Source: Tubiluchus corallicola
Lineage: Eukaryota; Animalia; Priapulida
DNA: 64,000 nucleotides
Direction of reading: 5' to 3'
NCBI GenBank assembly: GCA_030141605.1
Contig: JAQGDQ010000539.1
Location: 1-64,000 of the forward strand
A program made the translations under genes and the position numbers. Shown piece after piece: positions 1-14,350 of the stretch (the first letter of the stretch is position 1; each line of letters begins with the position of its first letter). Under the pieces are notes generated by a model. It saw only the letters and a program-made list of their open reading frames with translations, did not search any database and was not told where the DNA came from.

Positions 1-3000
1 TGGTTAGGTATCTGAGATTTGCAATAGATTTCATCAGTCTATGTGTTAGAGATTGTTCTAAGTGAGTTCTGACTAGATGTTTCGGGTTGTTTGTAGATGT
101 TTGGGACTGCTCTAAATGAGTGGTTAGATGCTGCAGTTTTGTCAATATAGCTAAATAGATGAATAGAATTTGATGTACGTGTCAGATGTTTCAGATTGCT
201 CTAAGTGAGCTCTGATTAGATGTTTCAGAATGTCTGTGGATCTTAACTGATTATTGAGATCAGGTATAAATGCCTTCAGACATGATGTAGATGTTTTCGG
301 TTGCGTATAGATGCCATCTCACCAAACGGTTGCGTTTTCGTACCAGATGCTAGAGTTTGGTCATTGATGTCTTCTAAGAAGCTAATTGAGGCTATCGCTG
401 TATTTCTCTATCAGATACTTATCTCATTGCCTAACATTGCCTGTACAGGTCTTCTGGTTAGGTATCTGAGATTTGCAATAGATTTCATCAGTCTATGTGT
501 TAGAGATTGTTCTAAGTGAGTTCTGACTAGATGTTTCGGGTTGTTTGTAGATATTTGGGACTGCTCTAAATGAGTCTGGTTAGATGCTGCAGTTTGTCTT
601 TGTTTACGTGTCAGATGTTTCAGATTGCTTTAAGTGCGTTCTGACTAGATGTTTCAGAACGTCTGTGGATCTTAACAGATTATTGGGATCAGGTATAAGT
701 GCCTTCAGACATGATGTAGATGTTTTCGGTTGCGTATAGATGCCATCTCACCAAACGGTTGAGTCTTCCTACCAGATGCAAGAGTTTGGTCATTGATGTC
801 TTCTAAGAAGCTAATTGAGGCTATCGCTGTATTTCTCTATCAGATCTTATGTCATTGCCTAACATTGCCTGTACAGGTCTTCTGGTTAGATATCTGAGAT
901 TTGCAATAGATTTCATCAGTCTAAGTGTTAGAGATTGTTCTAAGTGAGTTCTGACTAGATGTTTCGGGTTGTTTGTAGATGTTTGGGACTGCTCTAAATG
1001 AGTCTGGTTAGATGCTGCAGTTTTGTCTATATATCTAAATAGATGAATAGAATTTGATGTACGTGTCAGATATTTCAGATTGTTCTAAGTGAGTTCTGAC
1101 TAGATGTTTCAGAACGTCTGTGGATCTTAACAGATTATTGGGATCAGGTATAAGTGCCTTCAGACATGATGTAGATGTTTTCGGTTGCGTATAGATGCCA
1201 TCTCACCAAACGGTTGCGTCTTCCTACCAGATGCAAGAGTTTGGTCATTGATGTCTTCTAAGAAGCTAATTGAGGCTATCGCTGTATTTCTCTATCAGAT
1301 CTTATGTCATTTGCCTAACATGTCTTCTGGTTAGGTATCTGAGATTTGCAATAGATTTCATCAGTCTAAGTGTTAGAGATTGTTCTAAGTGAGTTCAGAC
1401 TAGATGTTTCGGGTTGTTTGTAGATGTTTGGGACTGCTCTAAATGAGTGGTTAGATGCTGCAGTTTTGTCAATATAGCTAAATAGATGAATAGAATTTGA
1501 TGTACGTGTCAGATGTTTCAGATTGCTCTAAGTGAGCTCTGATTAGATGTTTCAGAATGTCTGTGGATCTTAACTGATTATTGAGATCAGGTATAAATGC
1601 CTTCAGACATGATATAGATGTTTTCGGTTGCGTATAGATGCCATCTCACCAAACGGTTGAGTCTTCCTACCAGATGCAAGAGTTTGGTCATTGATGTCTT
1701 CTAAGAAGCTAATTGAGGCTATCGCTGTATTTCTCTATCAGATACTTATCTCATTGCCTAACATTGCCTGTACAGGTCTTCTGGTTAGGTATCTGAGATT
1801 TGCAATAGATTTCATCAGTCTATGTGTTAGAGATTGTTCTAAGTGAGTTCTGACTAGATGTTTCGGGTTGTTTGTAGATATTTGGGACTGCTCTAAATGA
1901 GTCTGGTTAGATGCTGCAGTTTGTCTTTGTTTACGTGTCAGATGTTTCAGATTGCTTTAAGTGCGTTCTGACTAGATGTTTCAGAACGTCTGTGGATCTT
2001 AACAGATTATTGGGATCAGGTATAAGTGCCTTCAGACATGATGTAGATGTTTTCGGTTGCGTATAGATGCCATCTCACCAAACGGTTGAGTCTTCCTACC
2101 AGATGCAAGAGTTTGGTCATTGATGTCTTCTAAGAAGCTAATTGAGGCTATCGCTGTATTTCTCTATCAGATCTTATGTCATTGCCTAACATTGCCTGTA
2201 CAGGTCTTCTGGTTAGATATCTGAGATTTGCAATAGATTTCATCAGTCTAAGTGTTAGAGATTGTTCTAAGTGAGTTCTGACTAGATGTTTCGGGTTGTT
2301 TGTAGATGTTTGGGACTGCTCTAAATGAGTCTGGTTAGATGCTGCAGTTTTGTCTATATATCTAACTAGATGAATAGAATTTGATGTACGTGTCAGATAT
2401 TTCAGATTGTTCTAAGTGAGTTCTGACTAGATGTTTCAGAACGTCTGAGGATCTTAACAGACTATTGGGATCAGGTATAAGTGCCTTCAGATATGATGTA
2501 GATGTTTTCGGTTGCGTATAGATGCCATCTCACCAAACGGTTGCGTTTTCCTACCAGATGCTAGAGTTTGGTCATTGATGTCTTCTAAGAAGCTAATTGA
2601 GGCTATCGCTGTATTTCTCTATCAGATACTTATCTCATTGCCTAACATTGCCTGTACAGGTCTTCTGGTTAGGTATCTGAGATTTGCAATAGATTTCATC
2701 AGTCTATGTGTTAGAGATTGTTCTAAGTGAGTTCTGACTAGATGTTTCGGGTTGTTTGTAGATATTTGGGACTGCTCTAAATGAGTCTGTTTAGATGCTG
2801 CAGTTTGTCTTTGTTTACGTGTCAGATGTTTCAGATTGCTTTAAGTGCGTTCTGACTAGATGTTTCAGAACGTCTGTGGATCTTAACAGATTACTGGGAT
2901 CAGGTATAAGTGCCTTCAGACATGATGTAGATGTTTTCGGTTGCGTATAGATGCCATCTCACCAAACGGTTGAGTCTTCCTACCAGATGCAAGAGTTTGG

Positions 3001-6000
3001 TCATTGATGTCTTCTAAGAAGCTAATTGAGGCTATCGCTGTATTTCTCTATCAGATCTTATGTCATTGCCTAACATTGCCTGTACAGGTCTTCTGGTTAG
3101 ATATCTGAGATTTGCAATAGATTTCATCAGTCTAAGTGTTAGAGATTGTTCTAAGTGAGTTCTGACTAGATGTTTCGGGTTGTTTGTAGATATTTGGGAC
3201 TGCTCTAAATGAGTCTGGTTAGATGCTGCAGTTTGTCTTTGTTTACGTGTCAGATGTTTCAGATTGCTTTAAGTGCGTTCTGACTAGATGTTTCAGAACG
3301 TCTGTGGATCTTAACAGATTATTGGGATCAGGTATAAGTGCCTTCAGACATGATGTAGATGTTTTCGGTTGCGTATAGATGCCATCTCACCAAACGGTTG
3401 AGTCTTCCTACCAGATGCAAGAGTTTGGTCATTGATGTCTTCTAAGAAGCTAATTGAGGCTATCGCTGTATTTCTCTATCAGATCTTATGTCATTGCCTA
3501 ACATTGCCTGTACAGGTCTTCTGGTTAGATATCTGAGATTTGCAATAGATTTCATCAGTCTAAGTGTTAGAGATTGTTCTAAGTGAGTTCTGACTAGATG
3601 TTTCGGGTTGTTTGTAGATGTTTGGGACTGCTCTAAATGAGTCTGGTTAGATGCTGCAGTTTTGTCTATATATCTAAATAGATGAATAGAATTTGATGTA
3701 CGTGTCAGATATTTCAGATTGTTCTAAGTGAGTTCTGACTAGATGTTTCAGAACGTCTGAGGATCTTAACAGACTATTGGGATCAGGTATAAGTGCCTTC
3801 AGATATGATGTAGATGTTTTCGGTTGCGTATAGATGCCATCTCACCAAACGGTTGCGTTTTCCTACCAGATGCTAGAGTTTGGTCATTGATGTCTTCTAA
3901 GAAGCTAATTGAGGCTATCGCTGTATTTCTCTATCAGATACTTATCTCATTGCCTAACATTGCCTGTACAGGTCTTCTGGTTAGGTATCTGAGATTTGCA
4001 ATAGATTTCATCAGTCTATGTGTTAGAGATTGTTCTAAGTGAGTTCTGACTAGATGTTTCGGGTTGTTTGTAGATATTTGGGACTGCTCTAAATGAGTCT
4101 GGTTAGATGCTGCAGTTTGTCTTTGTTTACGTGTCAGATGTTTCAGATTGTTTTAAGTGCGTTCTGACTAGATGTTTCAGAACGTCTGTGGATCTTAACA
4201 GATTATTGGGATCAGGTATAAGTGCCTTCAGACATGATGTAGATGTTTTCGGTTGCGTATAGATGCCATCTCACCAAACGGTTGAGTCTTCCTACCAGAT
4301 GCAAGAGTTTGGTCATTGATGTCTTCTAAGAAGCTAATTGAGGCTATCGCTGTATTTCTCTATCAGATCTTATGTCATTGCCTAACATTGCCTGTACAGG
4401 TCTTCTGGTTAGATATCTGAGATTTGCAATAGATTTCATCAGTCTAAGTGTTAGAGATTGTTCTAAGTGAGTTCTGACTAGATGTTTCGGGTTGTTTGTA
4501 GATGTTTGGGACTGCTCTAAATGAGTCTGGTTAGATGCTGCAGTTTTGTCTATATATCTAAATAGATGAATAGAATTTGATGTACGTGTCAGATGTTTCA
4601 GCTTGCTCTAAGTGAGCTCTGATTAGAAATTTCAGAATGTCTGTGGATCTTAACTGATTATTGAGATCAGGTATAAATGCCTTCAGACATGATGTAGATG
4701 TTTTCGGTTGCGTATAGATGCCATCTCACCAAACGGTTGAGTCTTCCTACCAGATGCAAGAGTTTGGTCATTGATGTCTTCTAAGAAGCTAATTGAGGCT
4801 ATCGCTGTATTTCTCTATCAGATACTTATCTCATTGCCTAACATTGCCTGTACAGGTCTTCTGGTTAGGTATCTGAGATTTGCAATAGATTTCATCAGTC
4901 TATGTGTTAGAGATTGTTCTAAGTGAGTTCTGACTAGATGTTTCGGGTTGTTTGTAGATGTTTGGGACTGCTCTAAATGAGTCTGGTTAGATGCTACAGT
5001 TTTGTCTATATATCTAAATAGATGAATAGAATTTGATGTACGTGTCAGATATTTCAGATTGCTCTAAGTGCGTTCTGACTAGATGTTTCAGAACGTCTGT
5101 GGATCTTAACAGATTATTGGGATCAGGTATAAGTGCCTTCAGACATGATGTAGATGTTTTCGGTTGCGTATAGATGCCATCTCACCAAACGGTTGAGTCT
5201 TCCTACCAGATGCAAGAGTTTGGTCATTGATGTCTTCTAAGAAGCTAATTGAGGCTATCGCTGTATTTCTCTATCAGATCTTATGTCATTGCCTAACATT
5301 GCCTGTACAGGTCTTCTGGTTAGGTATCTGAGATTTGCAATAGATTTCATCAGTCTAAGTGTTAGAGATTGTTCTAAGTGAGTTCTGACTAGATGTTTCG
5401 GGTTGTTTGTAGATGTTTGGGACTGCTCTAAATGAGTTCTGGTTAGATGCTGCAGTTTTGTCTATATGTCTAAAATAGATGAATAGAATTGGATGTACGT
5501 GTCAGATATTTCAGATTGCTCTAAGTGAGTTCTGATTAGATGTTTCAGAATGTCTGTGGATCTTAACTGATTATTGAGATCAGGTATAAATGCCTTCAGA
5601 CATGATGTAGATGTTTTCGGTTGCGTATAGATGCCATCTCACCAAACGGTTGAGTCTTCCTACCAGATGCAAGAGTTTGGTCATTGATGTCTTCTAAGAA
5701 GCTAATTGAGGCTATCGCTGTATTTCTCTATCAGATCTTATGTCATTTGCCTAACATGTCTTCTGGTTAGGTATCTGAGATTTGCAATAGATTTCATCAG
5801 TCTAAGTGTTAGAGATTGTTCTAAGTGAGTTCTGACTAGATGTTTCGGGTTGTTTGTAGATGTTTGGGACTGCTCTAAATGAGTCTGGTTAGATGCTGCA
5901 GTTTTGTCAATATAGCTAAATAGATGAATAGAATTTGATGTACGTGTCAGATGTTTCAGATTGCTCTAAGTGAGCTCTGACTAGATGTTTCAGAATGTCT

Positions 6001-9000
6001 GTGGATCTTAACTGATTATTGAGATCAGGTATAAATGCCTTCAGACATGATATAGATGTTTTCGGTTGCGTATAGATGCCATCTCACCAAACGGTTGAGT
6101 CTTCCTACCAGATGCAAGAGTTTGGTCATTGATGTCTTCTAAGAAGCTAATTGAGGCTATCGCTGTATTTCTCTATCAGATACTTATCTCATTGCCTAAC
6201 ATTGCCTGTACAGGTCTTCTGGTTAGGTATCTGAGATTTGCAATAGATTTCATCAGTCTATGTGTTAGAGATTGTTCTAAGTGAGTTCTGACTAGATGTT
6301 TCGGGTTGTTTGTAGATATTTGGGACTGCTCTAAATGAGTCTGGTTAGATGCTGCAGTTTGTCTTTGTTTACGTGTCAGATGTTTCAGATTGCTTTAAGT
6401 GCGTTCTGACTAGATGTTTCAGAACGTCTGTGGATCTTAACAGATTATTGGGATCAGGTATAAGTGCCTTCAGACATGATGTAGATGTTTTCGGTTGCGT
6501 ATAGATGCCATCTCACCAAACGGTTGAGTCTTCCTACCAGATGCAAGAGTTTGGTCATTGATGTCTTCTAAGAAGCTAATTGAGGCTATCGCTGTATTTC
6601 TCTATCAGATCTTATGTCATTGCCTAACATTGCCTGTACAGGTCTTCTGGTTAGATATCTGAGATTTGCAATAGATTTCATCAGTCTAAGTGTTAGAGAT
6701 TGTTCTAAGTGAGTTCTGACTAGATGTTTCGGGTTGTTTGTAGATGTTTGGGACTGCTCTAAATGAGTCTGGTTAGATGCTGCAGTTTTGTCTATATATC
6801 TAAATAGATGAATAGAATTTGATGTACGTGTCAGATATTTCAGATTGCTCTAAGTGAGTTCTGATTAGATGTTTCAGAACGTCTGAGGATCTTAACAGAT
6901 TATTGGGATCAGGTATAAGTGCCTTCAGATATGATGTAGATGTTTTCGGTTGCGTATAGATGCCATCTCACCAAACGGTTGAGTCTTCCTACCAGATGCA
7001 AGAGTTTGGTCATTGATGTCTTCTAAGAAGCTAATTGAGGCTATCGCTGTATTTCTCTATCAGATCTTATGTCATTTGCCTAACATGTCTTCTGGTTAGG
7101 TATCTGAGATTTGCAATAGATTTCATCAGTCTAAGTGTTAGAGATTGTTCTAAGTGAGTTCAGACTAGATGTTTCGGGTTGTTTGTAGATGTTTGGGACT
7201 GCTCTAAATGAGTGGTTAGATGCTGCAGTTTTGTCAATATAGCTAAATAGATGAATAGAATTTGATGTACGTGTCAGATGTTTCAGATTGCTCTAAGTGA
7301 GCTCTGATTAGATGTTTCAGAATGTCTGTGGATCTTAACTGATTATTGAGATCAGGTATAAATGCCTTCAGACATGATGTAGATGTTTTCGGTTGCGTAT
7401 AGATGCCATCTCACCAAACGGTTGGTCTTCCTACCAGATGCAAGAGTTTGGTCATTGATGTCTTCTAAGAAGCTAATTGAGGCTATCGCTGTATTTCTCT
7501 ATCAGATCTTATGTCATTTGCCTAACCACATGTCTTCTGGTTAGGTATCTGAGATTTGCAATAGATTTCATCAGTCTAAGTGTTAGAGATTGTTCTAAGT
7601 GAGTTCAGACTAGATGTTTCGGGTTGTTTGTAGATGTTTGGGACTGCTCTAAATGAGTGGTTAGATGCTGCAGTTTTGTCAATATAGCTAAATAGATGAA
7701 TAGAATTTGATGTACGTGTCAGATGTTTCAGATTGCTCTAAGTGAGCTCTGATTAGATGTTTCAGAATGTCTGTGGATCTTAACTGATTATTGAGATCAG
7801 GTATAAATGCCTTCAGACATGATGTAGATGTTTTCGGTTGCGGTTGCGTTTTCCTACCAGATGCAAGAGTTTGGTCATTGATGTCTTCTAAGAAGCTAAT
7901 TGAGGCTATCGCTGTATTTCTCTATCAGATACTTATCTCATTGCCTAACATTGCCTGTACAGGTCTTCTGGTTAGGTATCTGAGATTTGCAATAGATTTC
8001 ATCAGTCTATGTGTTAGAGATTGTTCTAAGTGAGTTCTGACTAGATGTTTCGGGTTGTTTGTAGATATTTGGGACTGCTCTAAATGAGTCTGGTTAGATG
8101 CTGCAGTTTGTCTTTGTTTACGTGTCAGATGTTTCAGATTGCTTTAAGTGCGTTCTGACTAGATGTTTCAGAACGTCTGTGGATCTTAACAGATTATTGG
8201 GATCAGGTATAAGTGCCTTCAGACATGATGTAGATGTTTTCGGTTGCGTATAGATGCCATCTCACCAAACGGTTGAGTCTTCCTACCAGATGCAAGAGTT
8301 TGGTCATTGATGTCTTCTAAGAAGCTAATTGAGGCTATCGCTGTATTTCTCTATCAGATCTTATGTCATTGCCTAACATTGCCTGTACAGGTCTTCTGGT
8401 TAGATATCTGAGATTTGCAATAGATTTCATCAGTCTAAGTGTTAGAGATTGTTCTAAGTGAGTTCTGACTAGATGTTTCGGGTTGTTTGTAGATGTTTGG
8501 GACTGCTCTAAATGAGTCTGGTTAGATGCTGCAGTTTTGTCTATATATCTAAATAGATGAATAGAATTTGATGTACGTGTCAGATATTTCAGATTGTTCT
8601 AAGTGAGTTCTGACTAGATGTTTCAGAACGTCTGAGGATCTTAACAGACTATTGGGATCAGGTATAAGTGCCTTCAGATATGATGTAGATGTTTTCGGTT
8701 GCGTATAGATGCCATCTCACCAAACGGTTGCGTTTTCCTACCAGATGCTAGAGTTTGGTCATTGATGTCTTCTAAGAAGCTAATTGAGGCTATCGCTGTA
8801 TTTCTCTATCAGATACTTATCTCATTGCCTAACATTGCCTGTACAGGTCTTCTGGTTAGGTATCTGAGATTTGCAATAGATTTCATCAGTCTATGTGTTA
8901 GAGATTGTTCTAAGTGAGTTCTGACTAGATGTTTCGGGTTGTTTGTAGATATTTGGGACTGCTCTAAATGAGTCTGGTTAGATGCTGCAGTTTTGTCTAT

Positions 9001-12000
9001 ATATCTAAATAGATGAATAGTGATGTACGTGTCAGATGTTTCAGATTGCTCTAAGTGAGTTCTGACTAGATGTTTCAGAACGTCTGTGGATCTTAACAGA
9101 TTATTGGGATCAGGTATAAGTGCCTTCAGACATGATGTAGATGTTTTCGGTTGCGTATAGATGCCATCTCACCAAACGGTTGAGTCTTCCTACCAGATGC
9201 AAGAGTTTGGTCATTGATGTCTTCTAAGAAGCTAATTGAGGCTATCGCTGTATTTCTCTATCAGATCTTATGTCATTGCCTAACATTGCCTGTACAGGTC
9301 TTCTGGTTAGGTATCTGAGATTTGCAATAGATTTCATCAGTCTAAGTGTTAGAGATTGTTCTAAGTGAGTTCTGACTAGATGTTTCGGGTTGTTTGTAGA
9401 TATTTGGGACTGCTCTAAATGAGTCTGGTTAGATGCTGCAGTTTGTCTTTGTTTACGTGTCAGATGTTTCAGATTGCTTTAAGTGCGTTCTGACTAGATG
9501 TTTCAGAACGTCTGTGGATCTTAACAGATTATTGGGATCAGGTATAAGTGCCTTCAGACATGATGTAGATGTTTTCGGTTGCGTATAGATGCCATCTCAC
9601 CAAACGGTTGAGTCTTCCTACCAGATGCAAGAGTTTGGTCATTGATGTCTTCTAAGAAGCTAATTGAGGCTATCGCTGTATTTCTCTATCAGATCTTATG
9701 TCATTGCCTAACATTGCCTGTACAGGTCTTCTGGTTAGATATCTGAGATTTGCAATAGATTTCATCAGTCTAAGTGTTAGAGATTGTTCTAAGTGAGTTC
9801 TGACTAGATGTTTCGGGTTGTTTGTAGATGTTTGGGACTGCTCTAAATGAGTCTGGTTAGATGCTGCAGTTTTGTCTATATATCTAACTAGATGAATAGA
9901 ATTTGATGTACGTGTCAGATATTTCAGATTGTTCTAAGTGAGTTCTGATTAGATGTTTCAGAACGTCTGAGGATCTTAACAGACTATTGGGATCAGGTAT
10001 AAGTGCCTTCAGATATGATGTAGATGTTTTCGGTTGCGTATAGATGCCATCTCACCAAACGGTTGAGTCTTCCTACCAGATGCAAGAGTTTGGTCATTGA
10101 TGTCTTCTAAGAAGCTAATTGAGGCTATCGCTGTATTTCTCTATCAGATCTTATGTCATTGCCTAACATTGCCTGTACAGGTCTTCTGGTTAGATATCTG
10201 AGATTTGCAATAGATTTCATCAGTCTAAGTGTTAGAGATTGTTCTAAGTGAGTTCTGACTAGATGTTTCGGGTTGTTTGTAGATGTTTGGGACTGCTCTA
10301 AATGAGTCTGGTTAGATGCTGCAGTTTTGTCTATATATCTAAATAGATGAATAGAATTTGATGTACGTGTCAGATATTTCAGATTGTTCTAAGTGAGTTC
10401 TGACTAGATGTTTCAGAACGTCTGAGGATCTTAACAGACTATTGGGATCAGGTATAAGTGCCTTCAGATATGATGTAGATGTTTTCGGTTGCGTATAGAT
10501 GCCATCTCACCAAACGGTTGCGTTTTCCTACCAGATGCTAGAGTTTGGTCATTGATGTCTTCTAAGAAGCTAATTGAGGCTATCGCTGTATTTCTCTATC
10601 AGATACTTATCTCATTGCCTAACATTGCCTGTACAGGTCTTCTGGTTAGGTATCTGAGATTTGCAATAGATTTCATCAGTCTATGTGTTAGAGATTGTTC
10701 TAAGTGAGAGTTCTAACTAGATGTTTCGGGTTGTTTGTAGATGTTTGGGACTGCTCTAAATGAGTGGTTAGATGCTGCAGTTTTGTCAATATAGCTAAAT
10801 AGATGAATAGAATTTGATGTACGTGTCAGATGTTTCAGATTGCTCTAAGTGAGTTCTGATTAGATGTTTCAGAATGTCTGTGGATCTTAACAGATTATTG
10901 GGATCAGGTATAAGTGCCTTCAGACATGATGTAGATGTTTTCGGTTGCGTATAGATGCCATCTCACCAAACGGTTGAGTCTTCCTACCAGATGCAAGAGT
11001 TTGGTCATTGATGTCTTCTAAGAAGCTAATTGAGGCTATCGCTGTATTTCTCTATCAGATCTTATGTCATTGCCTAACATTGCCTGTACAGGTCTTCTGG
11101 TTAGATATCTGAGATTTGCAATAGATTTCATCAGTCTAAGTGTTAGAGATTGTTCTAAGTGAGTTCTGACTAGATGTTTCGGGTTGTTTGTAGATGTTTG
11201 GGACTGCTCTAAATGAGTCTGGTTAGATGCTGCAGTTTTGTCTATATATCTAAATAGATGAATAGAATTTGATGTACGTGTCAGATATTTCAGATTGTTC
11301 TAAGTGAGTTCTGACTAGATGTTTCAGAACGTCTGAGGATCTTAACAGACTATTGGGATCAGGTATAAGTGCCTTCAGATATGATGTAGATGTTTTCGGT
11401 TGCGTATAGATGCCATCTCACCAAACGGTTGCGTTTTCCTACCAGATGCTAGAGTTTGGTCATTGATGTCTTCTAAGAAGCTAATTGAGGCTATCGCTGT
11501 ATTTCTCTATCAGATACTTATCTCATTGCCTAACATTGCCTGTACAGGTCTTCTGGTTAGGTATCTGAGATTTGCAATAGATTTCATCAGTCTATGTGTT
11601 AGAGATTGTTCTAAGTGAGTTCTGACTAGATGTTTCGGGTTGTTTGTAGATATTTGGGACTGCTCTAAATGAGTCTGGTTAGATGCTGCAGTTTGTCTTT
11701 GTTTACGTGTCAGATATTTCAGATTGCTCTAAGTGAGTTCTGATTAGATGTTTCAGAACGTCTGTGGATCTTAACAGATTATTGGGATCAGGTATAAGTG
11801 CCTTCAGACATGATGTAGATGTTTTCGGTTGCGTATAGATGCCATCTCACCAAACGGTTGAGTCTTCCTACCAGATGCAAGAGTTTGGTCATTGATGTCT
11901 TCTAAGAAGCTAATTGAGGCTATCGCTGTATTTCTCTATCAGATCTTATGTCATTGCCTAACATTGCCTGTACAGGTCTTCTGGTTAGATATCTGAGATT

Positions 12001-14350
12001 TGCAATAGATTTCATCAGTCTAAGTGTTAGAGATTGTTCTAAGTGAGAGTTCTAACTAGGTGTTTCGGGTTGTTGGTAGATGTTTGGGACTGCTCTAAAT
12101 GAGTCTGGTTAGATGCTGCAGTTTTGTCTATATATCTAACTAGATGAATAGAATTTGATGTACGTGTCAGATATTTCAGATTGTTCTAAGTGAGTTCTGA
12201 CTAGATGTTTCAGAACGTCTGAGGATCTTAACAGACTATTGGGATCAGGTATAAGTGCCTTCAGATATGATGTAGATGTTTTCGGTTGCGTATAGATGCC
12301 ATCTCACCAAACGGTTGCGTTTTCCTACCAGATGCTAGAGTTTGGTCATTGATGTCTTCTAAGAAGCTAATTGAGGCTATCGCTGTATTTCTCTATCAGA
12401 TACTTATCTCATTGCCTAACAGGTCTTCTGGTTAGGTATCTGAGATTTGCAATAGATTTCATCAGTCTATGTGTTAGAGATTGTTCTAAGTGAGAGTTCT
12501 AACTAGGTGTTTCGGGTTGTTGGTAGATGTTTGGGACTGCTCTAAATGAGTTCTGGTTAGATGCTGCAGTTTTGTCTATATGTCTAAAATAGATGAATAG
12601 AATTGGATGTACGTGTCAGATATTTCAGATTGCTCTAAGTGAGTTCTGATTAGATGTTTCAGAATGTCTGTGGATCTTAACTGATTATCGAGATCAGGTA
12701 TAAATGCCTTCAGACATGATGTAGATGTTTTCGGTTGCGTATAGATGCCATCTCACCAAACGGTTGCGTTTTCCTACCAGATGCAAGAGTTTGGTCATTG
12801 ATGTCTTCTAAGAAGCTAATTGAGGCTATCGCTGTATTTCTCTATCAGATCTTATGTCATTTGCCTAACATGTCTTCTGGTTAGGTATCTGAGATTTGCA
12901 ATAGATTTCATCAGTCTAAGTGTTAGAGATTGTTCTAAGTGAGTTCAGACTAGATGTTTCGGGTTGTTTGTAGATGTTTGGGACTGCTCTAAATGAGTCT
13001 GGTTAGATGCTGCAGTTTTGTCAATATAGCTAAATAGATGAATAGAATTTGATGTACGTGTCAGATGTTTCAGATTGCTCTAAGTGAGCTCTGATTAGAT
13101 GTTTCAGAATGTCTGTGGATCTTAACTGATTATTGAGATCAGGTATAAATGCCTTCAGACATGATATAGATGTTTTCGGTTGCGTATAGATGCCATCTCA
13201 CCAAACGGTTGAGTCTTCCTACCAGATGCAAGAGTTTGGTCATTGATGTCTTCTAAGAAGCTAATTGAGGCTATCGCTGTATTTCTCTATCAGATCTTAT
13301 GTCATTTGCCTAACATGTCTTCTGGTTAGGTATCTGAAATTTGCAATAGATTTCATCAGTCTAAGTGTTAGAGATTGTTCTAAGTGAGTTCAGACTAGAT
13401 GTTTCGGGTTGTTTGTAGCTGTTTGGGACTGCTCTAAATGAGTGGTTAGATGCTGCAGTTTTGTCAATATAGCTAAATAGATGAATAGAATTTGATGTAC
13501 GTGTCAGATGTTTCAGATTGCTCTAAGTGAGCTCTGATTAGATGTTTCAGAATGTCTGTGGATCTTAACTGATTATTGAGATCAGGTATAAATGCCTTCA
13601 GACATGATGTAGATGTTTTCGGTTGCGTATAGATGCCATCTCACCAAACGGTTGAGTCTTCCTACCAAATGCAAGAGTTTGGTCATTGATGTCTTCTAAG
13701 AAGCTAATTGAGGCTATCGCTGTATTTCTCTATCAGATACTTATCTCATTGCCTAACATTGCCTGTACAGGTCTTCTGGTTAGGTATCTGAGATTTGCAA
13801 TAGATTTCATCAGTCTATGTGTTAGAGATTGTTCTAAGTGAGTTCTGACTAGATGTTTCGGGTTGTTTGTAGATATTTGGGACTGCTCTAAATGAGTCTG
13901 GTTAGATGCTGCAGTTTGTCTTTGTTTACGTGTCAGATGTTTCAGATTGTTTTAAGTGCGTTCTGACTAGATGTTTCAGAACGTCTGTGGATCTTAACAG
14001 ATTATTGGGATCAGGTATAAGTGCCTTCAGACATGATGTAGATGTTTTCGGTTGCGTATAGATGCCATCTCACCAAACGGTTGAGTCTTCCTACCAGATG
14101 CTAGAGTTTGGTCATTGATTTCTCCTAAGAAGCTAATTTTGAGACTATCGCTGTATTTCTCTATCAGATCTTATGTCATTGCCTAACATGTCTTCTGGTT
14201 AGGTATCTGAGATTTGCAAGATTTGTAGATGTTTGGGACTGCTCTAAATGAGTCTGGTTAGATGCTGCAGTTTTGTCAATATAGCTAAATAGATGAATAG
14301 AATTTGATGTACGTGTCAGATGTTTCAGATTGCTCTAAGTGAGCTCTGAT
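1..14350. repeat. Satellite DNA array, about 32 monomers, mostly 428-457 bp (runs off the left edge of the window)
   Basis: Anchor TTGCGTATAGATGCC recurs at 301, 730, 1185, 1628, 2057, 2512, 2941, 3369, 3824 ... 13623, 14052. Spacings are mostly 429, 443-445 and 455-457. Copies are near-identical and differ by shared SNP/indel haplotypes. Confidence 0.98.

Noticed and set aside
301-11618. Seven near-identical 72-80 aa ORFs (MRIDAISPNG...)
   Set aside because: They start at TTG, are open only in one monomer haplotype and are broken in most copies. They are a by-product of the satellite.
1-14350. CRISPR-like or rDNA/5S array
   Set aside because: No unique spacers, no rRNA motifs, and the context is eukaryotic.
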